From Candidatus Nomurabacteria bacterium (GTDB taxonomy: Bacteria; Patescibacteriota; Minisyncoccia; Phycocordibacterales; CALRBL01), in assembly GCA_963834935.1 (NCBI GenBank), contig CAWIDS010000001.1, positions 236,499 through 300,498 on the forward strand: DNA of 64,000 nucleotides, given 5' to 3'. The translations under genes were made by a program, and so were the position numbers. A model generated the notes under the pieces. It ran no database searches, had not been told where the DNA came from, and saw only the letters and a program-made list of their open reading frames with translations. Shown here one piece after another: positions 56,441-64,000 of this stretch (the stretch's first letter is position 1; every line of letters starts with the position of its first letter).

Positions 56441-57988
56441 CCCGCTTTGTGCATGAGCCATATTAACCCAGTTGTTCATACTATGTGGCTTATTGAAGTA
56501 GTTTGGATCAACTTTTTGCTTGGCAAGATATTCTTCCATTATGCTGATCCATCCGTTTTGCTGATTCGCACTCTGATATTCGTTTACCAATGTGGCAAAG
56601 GCGTCAGGCAGATCATCGTGTCCTTCAATGCCGAAGCCTGTTAGATGGTCGATGAGCAATTCGGCTCCTGAGGCGGGAAACAAGATGACTCCATCCTTGA
56701 TTTTGTATCCGGTCATAGCCACACGTAATCTCTTGTCTGCCGTATTTTTGACTGATACCGCTTTCAGATTGGCCTTACGCATAAGATCAGAATATATTCT
56801 CTGGAATCCATTCGACTCCACGAAAATGACGGGCTGACGTTCGAACGGTAAACTTTTAACCAACTGAGCTACTGTGTCGACCACCTCCGGATAATCTATC
56901 CTCTTGTTTATTGGATTTGGCAGGATGTAAAGCCGTTCATTCTCTCCGAAACCATACAATACGCCCGTGACTATTGCAGTATAATCGGCTTTCTTTTCTT
57001 CCGATATAGCCAAATCAACGCCGATAAATACTCCTCTGGCATTCGTGCGTATATCAGCAGGCAGATCTGTATACGTATGGATCCATTCGGGGTATACCAC
57101 TCGCGTGGTATCGGATATGATCTTGAGAAGATATTCCTGTTGCCAAGCCAGTTCATTGGCGACGCTTCGTCTTAGCCCCTCTATTTTCTCTGGCGTGTCG
57201 AACTTGCGTGGCCATAGGCACACGTTATTCTCATCAAGAAGTGGAAAATAGCGATATATGCCATCCAATTCCTTGGCATCTATCTTCTTTTTCAAACGCA
57301 TGACCAATGAGTCTTCGTGAAGCAGATTGCCAACAATTATGATCCTTGTACCAAGGTCGCCTAGCGGCACGATCTCTCGGGTGAACCAATCGAATATCTT
57401 GTTTCTGCCATCAAGCGTCCTTGTCGAGTTCATGTCCTCAACATCGTCGAGGATGGTCAGGTCAGGTCTGTTCTCGTGGTGTCTTACGCCGCGAATGGCC
57501 TGATCTACCGATGCAATCATGATTCTTGCTCCCGTATTCTCGAATACAATCGACGATATCGCCCAATTACCTCCATTGTCTTCATGGAATGGTCCGAGGT
57601 CGCTTTTCAAAAGCTCGTTATGATCCAATTCATCTTTCAGGTTGGTCATGTGCTGTCTTGCTAGGGCTTGCGTGGCGCAGATGATGAGGACGAATTTCTT
57701 TTCTTGCACGCCCAAAATCGACCAAATTGCATATGAGAAAGTGACTATGGTACTTTTGCCGCTTCCGCGAAAAGCTACGATACAGGCGAGCTTGTTTGTC
57801 TGGTCTTCGGTAATGCGAAAAATATCCTTCTGAAACTCGGCCATTGGGTATTCTAGGTAGTGAGGAAAATAGGTGCTGAAGAATAGCAGATGACTCTCTT
57901 TTGTTATCGCTTGGCGTACCTGTCGGTCTTTCGAAAGAGCCTCAAAGATGTCGTCATTGCTATTTTGATTCTGGTTTTGATTGTTCAT
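56435..57988 (-). CDS. terL: Phage terminase large subunit
   Basis: Walker A AFRGSGKST. The ATPase region, then a C-terminal nuclease region with acidic residues (GVDLAISEE...DDLPDAF). Confidence 0.8.
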   Translation of the reverse strand: MNNQNQNQNSNDDIFEALSKDRQVRQAITKESHLLFFSTYFPHYLEYPMAEFQKDIFRITEDQTNKLACIVAFRGSGKSTIVTFSYAIWSILGVQEKKFVLIICATQALARQHMTNLKDELDHNELLKSDLGPFHEDNGGNWAISSIVFENTGARIMIASVDQAIRGVRHHENRPDLTILDDVEDMNSTRTLDGRNKIFDWFTREIVPLGDLGTRIIIVGNLLHEDSLVMRLKKKIDAKELDGIYRYFPLLDENNVCLWPRKFDTPEKIEGLRRSVANELAWQQEYLLKIISDTTRVVYPEWIHTYTDLPADIRTNARGVFIGVDLAISEEKKADYTAIVTGVLYGFGENERLYILPNPINKRIDYPEVVDTVAQLVKSLPFERQPVIFVESNGFQRIYSDLMRKANLKAVSVKNTADKRLRVAMTGYKIKDGVILFPASGAELLIDHLTGFGIEGHDDLPDAFATLVNEYQSANQQNGWISIMEEYLAKQKVDPNYFNKPHSMNNWVNMAHAQSGL

Positions 57989-58376
57989 GGTTGTTACTGA
58001 GATTAATGCCTACTAATTGCTGGGCTCTTCGAACAAGCTCTTTTTGTTTTGGAGATAACTCCTCTATTAATTTTATAGAGCCGTCGATTTGGATACGGGT
58101 CTTGTAATCTTGATGATGATTTTTTAGCCAATATACAATTGCTGGCATATTTTGCTCTTTGACCGCTCCTATCAGCTGATGCTCCGCTAAGTCATTGACC
58201 AGAAGACGGCCTTCAACGATCGCGTCAATTATTTGCTTGGCAAAATCAGGATCTGCTTTTTTCCATCTAGAAAGCGTCATACGGGTGATACCGATTTTCT
58301 GGCAACTTGTTTCAATGACAGGCGTTTTCTTGAGCTGTTCTATGATCAATGCTTTTGTCTTTGTATCTTTTTTCAT
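57960..58376 (-). CDS. Phage terminase small subunit-like HTH protein
   Basis: A start at MKKDTKTKALIIEQLKKTPVIETSCQKIGITRMTLSRWKK gives an HTH. It sits directly upstream of terL. Confidence 0.5.
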   Translation of the reverse strand: MKKDTKTKALIIEQLKKTPVIETSCQKIGITRMTLSRWKKADPDFAKQIIDAIVEGRLLVNDLAEHQLIGAVKEQNMPAIVYWLKNHHQDYKTRIQIDGSIKLIEELSPKQKELVRRAQQLVGINLSNNHEQSKPESK

Positions 58377-59146
58377 AGTTGTTTCGCCTTGAGGCCGGTA
58401 ATACGCTCCCACCGTTCGATCACAGTGAGACAATATTCAAGATCTATTTCAACTCCGAAGCACTTTCGCTTCGTCTGCTCACAGGCGAGCAACGCCGTGC
58501 CACTGCCAAGAAAGCCATCATAGACCGTATCGCCGATCTCGGTTGAGTTAAGTATGAGTCTGCGTATGAGACCTATCGGCTTTGTAGATGGGTGCCACCT
58601 GCTTTTCGTTGGGCGCGGGTGGAATAGGACTGACTTGTCCTTCGATCTCCTGAATTTGTGAGTTCCATGCCAACCATAAATAATCAACTCGTGCTGTGGG
58701 GCATAATCCAGCCTGCCGATGACTGCTTGCGACTTTACCCACACCAAAAGCTGTGCCACCTTGAAACCGGCGTCAATCATGCCTTCTCGAAGCGACCAAA
58801 CCATTTTATCCGCATTGAATATGTAAGCTGAATTCTTTCTTGCAAGAAATGGAATGATTGCTTCCATCCATTTACTCGTAAACTTTCGATAATCTGTATC
58901 AGATTGAATTTGATCGTTAGCAATGTCCTTGTCTTTGGACAAAGTCCTGAACCCTCGCTTTGACTCTGCCACCGCCACGCCGTAGGGAACATCACAGCAG
59001 ATGAGGTTGATCTTCAGGTCTTTGATAAGCCGTGCGAGCAAGTCCGTATCACGGCAATCACCGTAAGCCAGGCGGTGTTCGCCCAATTGCCATATAGTAC
59101 CGAGCTTAATTAAGCTTTTTTGCTTTGTTTCCGGTTGCTTGTTCAT
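58373..59146 (-). CDS. DNA methyltransferase (beta-class N6A/N4C)
   Basis: Motif IV CCDVPYG comes before motif I FLGSGTALLACE. Confidence 0.8.
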   Translation of the reverse strand: MNKQPETKQKSLIKLGTIWQLGEHRLAYGDCRDTDLLARLIKDLKINLICCDVPYGVAVAESKRGFRTLSKDKDIANDQIQSDTDYRKFTSKWMEAIIPFLARKNSAYIFNADKMVWSLREGMIDAGFKVAQLLVWVKSQAVIGRLDYAPQHELIIYGWHGTHKFRRSKDKSVLFHPRPTKSRWHPSTKPIGLIRRLILNSTEIGDTVYDGFLGSGTALLACEQTKRKCFGVEIDLEYCLTVIERWERITGLKAKQL

Positions 59147-60395
59147 ATCGTTTTATGATTAAATCAATAAATATCGGTTCGCAGTCGGCCATAAAACAAA
59201 CGCGCTTCATAGCATCGGCCGCAAGTAACGTCGATCCGCTACCACCGAACAAATCTAGGATGGTATCGCCTGGTTTGGTGCATCTTTTTATCGCTCGTTC
59301 ATGCAAGGTCACAGGCTTCTGCGTCGGATGTTGATATTCGATTCCGGCGATGCGCTTTGCCAACCATATATCTATCGAGTCCATAATGTCATCCAGTAGC
59401 TTATTACCAGATGGCCCAAGTTCCTTATTCATGACCTCGGCGAAGTTGAGACCGATCGGCGCGATGTAAGGCTTCTTGCGCGTGGCATATACGCAGGGTT
59501 CGTAACTCTTCCCGAAAGCAATGCCAGGTGTAGGGTTTGCTGGCCCTTTCAACCATAAGCATACTCGTCGATTATCTAGGCCGAGTTCGGAAAAGAGTGA
59601 CTGCACTATTCCTATATATTTTTGATCGCAGTAATAGTATGCGTGGCAATTCTCCTTGGCGACCGACAAGGCATTTTCCATTGATCGTTTAAGGAAATCT
59701 CGATACTCAGTATCGGACTTAGAGTCATCAGTCTGTCCGCCATATGAAGCTTTACCGCCTATGCCTTTGTTGTATAAGCCTTTGATCCCAAGATTATAGA
59801 TTGGGTCACAATAGACCATGTCGATTCTTGCCTTACCGACCAATCTCTTGACGCTTGCCTGATCAAGAGAATCGATACAGGCTAGACGATGCGGTCCGAG
59901 AGCATAGATGTCCCCGAGTCTTGCCTTTGGCTTTTTGATCTTGGCTATTTCCTCATCTTGATCCCAATCATCTTCGACAACATCGAATGCATCGCCGAAA
60001 ATCTGGGACAAGTCGTCGTTTTCGAAGCCGGTGTTGAGCATGGTTTCTATGTCGAAGTTTTGTGTCAGTAAATCATAGTCCCAGTCGGCATGTAGCCTAT
60101 TGCTGGCCAATATATATGTCTTGCGTTCCGACTCAGTCAGCGCTCTCGATGGTATCCTCACCTCAATCTCATATTCTGGTCCATAAAGGGCAAGCAATAC
60201 CGCTATGCGCTGATGTCCGGCCAATATTTTTCCATCTATATCTACTGCGGGAATTTCGACTAGTCCGAATTTTTGTATCATCTTCAGAAGTTTACTCTTG
60301 AATGACTCCGAGGCGATTCGTGGATTATGTGTGTATGGCACGAGATCGCCAAGACGACGTTTGACCGTAGACCAAGTTAGTTTTTTTATTTTCAT
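59106..60395 (-). CDS. ParB-like nuclease domain fused to a DNA methyltransferase
   Basis: ParB/Srx N-domain (GLVEIPAVDIDGKILAGHQRIAVL), then motif IV VYCDPIYN and motif I LDLFGGSGSTLLAA. Confidence 0.8.
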   Translation of the reverse strand: MKIKKLTWSTVKRRLGDLVPYTHNPRIASESFKSKLLKMIQKFGLVEIPAVDIDGKILAGHQRIAVLLALYGPEYEIEVRIPSRALTESERKTYILASNRLHADWDYDLLTQNFDIETMLNTGFENDDLSQIFGDAFDVVEDDWDQDEEIAKIKKPKARLGDIYALGPHRLACIDSLDQASVKRLVGKARIDMVYCDPIYNLGIKGLYNKGIGGKASYGGQTDDSKSDTEYRDFLKRSMENALSVAKENCHAYYYCDQKYIGIVQSLFSELGLDNRRVCLWLKGPANPTPGIAFGKSYEPCVYATRKKPYIAPIGLNFAEVMNKELGPSGNKLLDDIMDSIDIWLAKRIAGIEYQHPTQKPVTLHERAIKRCTKPGDTILDLFGGSGSTLLAADAMKRVCFMADCEPIFIDLIIKRYEQATGNKAKKLN

Positions 60396-60396
60396 T

Positions 60397-60780
60397 TTAT
60401 TTTTTGTTATTGTTGGTAATACCCATGCCTGCCAGACGCAGGAACATGTCGACTTCTTTTCCTTTGCCTTCTCCTGAAGCCTTTTCGTAGAGAGCATTCA
60501 CGACATCTAGCACTCTTTCCTTGATCCATTCTGCGAGAATCTTTTGCACGAGCGGCCAGAATTGCGGGTGCCGCTTCCATGCGGTCAAGGTATCCTCATC
60601 CACTCGGATTTTTGCCGCAAATTCCTTTTGTGTCTTGGAATCACGCGATTGTCTCGGCGTTGCGCACCACATAGCAAATTCAATGAATTCGCGAACCGAT
60701 TTTACGTTCGCTATGACTGTCGTGAAATCCGACTGAATCGGTTTAGCGATCGCTCCATCTAATTTTTGTAATTTATCCAT
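60397..60780 (-). CDS. Hypothetical phage-associated protein
   Basis: 127-aa ORF, collinear with the methyltransferases. Confidence 0.35.
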   Translation of the reverse strand: MDKLQKLDGAIAKPIQSDFTTVIANVKSVREFIEFAMWCATPRQSRDSKTQKEFAAKIRVDEDTLTAWKRHPQFWPLVQKILAEWIKERVLDVVNALYEKASGEGKGKEVDMFLRLAGMGITNNNKK

Positions 60781-60930
60781 GAATACTTTTTAGTGTTTTA
60801 GCTGATAAGGTTTACATATTTATCATGTCATTTTTGTCGATTTATAAGTACGGGAAATAATTTTACGAATAAGAAAAAAGCCCAGTATTTAACACTGGGA
60901 TTTTGGGGGAAAAATATGAGTTGGGGTTAA

Positions 60931-61602
60931 CTAGGCTTTTTTCTTCAAAATATAGGCATCATGCCCATCGCCATAAATGATATTTTGATTAATTGATTTT
61001 TTAACTTCACCCATTCTGAGTTTGCGTCGAATACGCTTGATTATGTTATCGATGTCTATATCATCTTGGTGTTTTTTACGTTTCTTGCTTTTAGATATAT
61101 ACCAACTGCTTATTATCTGAGCTTTTAGTGCTAGTCTTGTCACGGGTTTCTCCTTATTAATCATAAGTGCATAAAGAACACTCCATAATTCAGAATATGG
61201 GCGCATATTTTCTTTGACCTTCCCATACTGAAAAGACCCGTCTGTGATATAAAATATCAAGCCCTTGTATCTAAATATCTTCTGGCCGAGTATTGGATTG
61301 TTAATTTGCGGATTTTTCTTTTCGAGTTCGCGATATAGTAGGCGGAACTTGTTTTCATGAAGTCCAACACGAAAATGGTTCTCATAGTCTAAGTTTTCTT
61401 CAGTTGGAAACGTATGTATACTCAGCACACCGCGTTTTTTAAGCTCCTTGAGCGCTTCTCCTAAGTCCTCTTGCGCCAGGTAGCCCATTTCGCTGGTACT
61501 ACGGCAATCGATGGCTATGAGGCGTTTCGGCTCGTATTCTGGCAGTTGGCGCAATCTTTCTATGGCCTGCATCGCAATAAAAATTTTTGCTTCGTCAATC
61601 AT
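60931..61602 (-). CDS. Hypothetical protein
   Basis: 223 aa with a Lys-rich C-terminus. Confidence 0.4.
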   Translation of the reverse strand: MIDEAKIFIAMQAIERLRQLPEYEPKRLIAIDCRSTSEMGYLAQEDLGEALKELKKRGVLSIHTFPTEENLDYENHFRVGLHENKFRLLYRELEKKNPQINNPILGQKIFRYKGLIFYITDGSFQYGKVKENMRPYSELWSVLYALMINKEKPVTRLALKAQIISSWYISKSKKRKKHQDDIDIDNIIKRIRRKLRMGEVKKSINQNIIYGDGHDAYILKKKA

Positions 61603-61673
61603 GTACGCATTCTAATTCTCGCTATCAAACAAAGCAAGTGTCGCAGAAATAGAATATTACCTGGCATGGTAGA

Positions 61674-62261
61674 ATGTGGAAAATAGTAATCAAAAAAAGT
61701 ATGGGCTATACAAACATAATGGAAAAACTGAATACTTTCTTAATCAAGCAACCTCTTAAGGGTGAGGAGGATGTTGTTTATTTATTGGTTGAGATAAGGA
61801 AAGTTATCAAGCAAAACGGATTAAGTAAAAAATATCCTATACTGAAATTTTACTGTGATTGGTCTGTCCACTCGGAAAAAGACGCAATTACTCCGGAGAT
61901 TAAAATGATTATGGAGAATATATACCAAGAGATTATTTTACGTGTTATAAAAAAAGTTCATGTCATTAAACCGAATACACTGGGATTTATAGATATGAAA
62001 CATCTAAGACCAGAAATGGATAAATTCCTAAAGGAAAACGGTTTACCTGATTCTTTAACTGTTGACTCCAAAAATTGGACGAGTTTTCAAATATTTTTAG
62101 CAGGTGTACTTGTTGATCAGCCGATCAAAAATCCATGCAAGGGTATAAAAGAATATTCATACAAATTGACCGGTAAACCAAGAGTGACAAAGACTGAGGC
62201 TACTTTTGAAAAGAGACCAGCGGAATATGGTATTTTTCAGACCGAAGAGTCTTTTAACTAA
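61674..62261 (+). CDS. Hypothetical protein
   Basis: 195-aa ORF. Confidence 0.4.
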   Translation: MWKIVIKKSMGYTNIMEKLNTFLIKQPLKGEEDVVYLLVEIRKVIKQNGLSKKYPILKFYCDWSVHSEKDAITPEIKMIMENIYQEIILRVIKKVHVIKPNTLGFIDMKHLRPEMDKFLKENGLPDSLTVDSKNWTSFQIFLAGVLVDQPIKNPCKGIKEYSYKLTGKPRVTKTEATFEKRPAEYGIFQTEESFN

Positions 62262-62536
62262 AGTTAATCATTCTGGCATTATTCTTAGCCATATGTTACT
62301 TTAAAAAACAGAATGTTACATATCAAAAAAAGCGTAACATTTGTAACATTCTTCAGATCTTATAGAAGAAATGGAACGATCTAAAAAGTGCCAGAAATCG
62401 TCCCATTCGTCCTATTTTGTTTTTCGAGCCCCAGACCGAGAGGGCTCAATCTGGTATACTGAAATCACCCCAAGAACCCTTATGGGGTCTGGTACCTATA
62501 ATTCCGAGACCGAGCAAGGGCACAAATAAGGAAAAA

Positions 62537-63262
62537 CTACCTTCTCAATCTTTCACGTGCTGATAATGCATCAAGCAGATCACCTCTTTTTAAGTCAAGA
62601 CGTCCTCGTACTTTCCCTACTTCTTGAGAAAGACTTGCATAGTCACCGGATCCTGTCTTTTGAAATGCTCCTTTGAGTTTGGAGAGGTCATCGATTACAT
62701 CTTCGATCCCGTGGATAACTGCTCTAAAATTATGAGGCTCTAAACTCATCATATCCCGACGATCTTCAGGCCTCTTTATCCTGCTTATAGATAGCGAAAA
62801 ATCTTGTAATTCTCTTAAAATTGCCCCTTCTTCAATAGTTTCTCTGGAAGCGACTTTGGCTAGTTGTTGAGAATTAAATCTCACTTTTGGAAATTTGTTT
62901 CGAGAGATGGTACTCGAAAGCTCCTCAATGTCTGTCGATAACTGTTTGAGCGAATAGGGGAGGTGCTCTATGTCTTCTTTTCGGTTATTGGTTTTTTCGT
63001 CTCTCCTTTCAGGCGTCATTCCAAGTTCTTGCCGTATTGCATCAATGCGATCGAGCCGATCTTTTTCCTTTAATGCTTTTTCAGACTCAACTTGCTCAGT
63101 TGGCTTTTCGAGAACAGCTTTATCTGGAATTGCTTCTTCTCTTAAAAGACTGTCAGCAGTTTCTATTTCTACACTTTTTTCTTCGGTTGCTTTAAAGCTC
63201 TCATTCATGCCTTTATCATACATAATAACCTCAGATTTTACTAAACCTTTTGAGCTGCGCAA
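62537..63262 (-). CDS. Hypothetical acidic coiled-coil protein
   Basis: 241-aa ORF rich in E, K and R. Confidence 0.4.
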   Translation of the reverse strand: MRSSKGLVKSEVIMYDKGMNESFKATEEKSVEIETADSLLREEAIPDKAVLEKPTEQVESEKALKEKDRLDRIDAIRQELGMTPERRDEKTNNRKEDIEHLPYSLKQLSTDIEELSSTISRNKFPKVRFNSQQLAKVASRETIEEGAILRELQDFSLSISRIKRPEDRRDMMSLEPHNFRAVIHGIEDVIDDLSKLKGAFQKTGSGDYASLSQEVGKVRGRLDLKRGDLLDALSARERLRR

Positions 63263-63288
63263 AAAACCGCCTTTCGGCGGCTTTTTCC

Positions 63289-63549
63289 TTATATTTTCTT
63301 GATCATCTTCGACAAGCGGGATTTCTTTCGGGAAGCGGTGTTCTTTTTGATGGTGCCGGTCTTTACAGCCTTGTCGAGAGCTTGATAAGCGAGTGAAAGG
63401 GCTTTCTTTGCTTCTTCCTTTGTTTTTGAAACGACAAGTTTCTTGACTGATTTGACGGTCTTGGCCACGGCTTCCTTTCGGCGAAGGTTCACTTCCTTCT
63501 TTCGCTTCGAGGATCGGAGAGCTTTTTTGGCTGATTTTGTGATAGGCAT
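63289..63549 (-). CDS. rpsT: 30S ribosomal protein S20
   Basis: From the internal start MPITKSAKKALRSSKRKKEVNLRRKEAVAKTVKS...LAYQALDKAVKTGTIKKNTASRKKSRLSKMIKKI. Confidence 0.8.
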   Translation of the reverse strand: MPITKSAKKALRSSKRKKEVNLRRKEAVAKTVKSVKKLVVSKTKEEAKKALSLAYQALDKAVKTGTIKKNTASRKKSRLSKMIKKI

Positions 63550-63602
63550 GAGAGAAAAAGTAACATACTGCGAGGAAAAAAGCAAAGTGCTATACTGTGT
63601 CA

Positions 63603-64000
63603 ATGATCGCACGGCTTAAAGGAATATTGCTCGACCTCGACCTTAAATCGGCTGTTATCGACGTGAATGGCGTCGGCTACAAGGTGGCAGTTGCTGGCGA
63701 AGCGGTCGAATACCTGGCAGGAAACATCGGAAAGGATGTCAGCCTTTTCACCTATCTGGCGGTGCGGGAAAACGCCCTTGACCTCTACGGCTTCAAGAGT
63801 CAGAAAACACTCCAGATGTTCGAGATGCTCATTACTGTCTCTGGTATCGGGCCGAAGTCGGCTCTCGGCATACTGAGTGTGGCAAGCGAGGAGACCATCC
63901 GCGAAGCGGTCTTCAACGAGGACACCTCGTATCTCACCAAGGTCTCCGGCATCGGCAAGAAAAATGCCGAAAAGATCGTCCTTGAGCTCAAGGGCAAGAT
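63603..64000 (+). CDS. ruvA: Holliday junction DNA helicase RuvA (3' end beyond the window)
   Basis: MIARLKGILLDLDLKSAVIDVNGVGYKVAV...LYGF...FEMLITVSGIGPKSALGILS gives the OB domain plus HhH motif. Absent from the ORF track because no stop lies inside the window. Confidence 0.8.
   Translation, partial: MIARLKGILLDLDLKSAVIDVNGVGYKVAVAGEAVEYLAGNIGKDVSLFTYLAVRENALDLYGFKSQKTLQMFEMLITVSGIGPKSALGILSVASEETIREAVFNEDTSYLTKVSGIGKKNAEKIVLELKGK

Noticed and set aside
57960-58433. Full 157-aa track ORF as the terminase small subunit
   Set aside because: The first 19 codons overlap the methyltransferase gene. The internal start MKKDTK at 58376 removes the overlap and begins right at the HTH.

Overview
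The window looks like a small-genome bacterium (inferred to be Patescibacteria/CPR-like) with mixed base composition.

Inventory: housekeeping genes for rplS, rpsT, ruvA, ruvX, a pilMNO type IV pilus module, nrdDG, an iscS-like cysteine desulfurase with an IscU/NifU scaffold, pyk-gpmA and pyrD. Seven tRNAs are readable; one of them is atypical. The rest is accessory mobile DNA.

Accessory regions, in window order:
- 11.7-18.1 kb: an AT-rich island following tRNA-Ser and ending at an IS1595 transposase plus a tRNA-like gene.
- 19.8-22.8 kb: a diversity-generating retroelement (DGR). A GC-rich target gene has a C-terminal variable repeat (VR). It differs from a downstream template repeat (TR) only at TR adenines. 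An Avd-like four-helix-bundle gene follows, then a reverse transcriptase cut short by an IS3-family insertion.
- 35.1-38.4 kb: a CBASS-like operon with a short CD-NTase, a NucC-like nuclease and an unknown 599-aa membrane protein.
- 38.4-46.6 kb: a large serine recombinase and a complete type I R-M system (hsdM, hsdS, an embedded unknown gene, hsdR).
- 47.7-52.3 kb: more defence-like genes (AlbA_2/Schlafen-like, metallo-beta-lactamase fold, PD-(D/E)xK).
- 53.9-55.5 kb: an IS1634-like element flanked by 142-bp direct repeats.
- 56.4-60.4 kb: a prophage remnant with large and small terminase subunits and two DNA methyltransferases, one fused to a ParB-like domain.

Several small ORFs in the supplied track are wrong-frame or antisense artefacts inside real genes and are listed under rejected items.

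Every call rests on reading the sequence and recalling motifs; no search was run.
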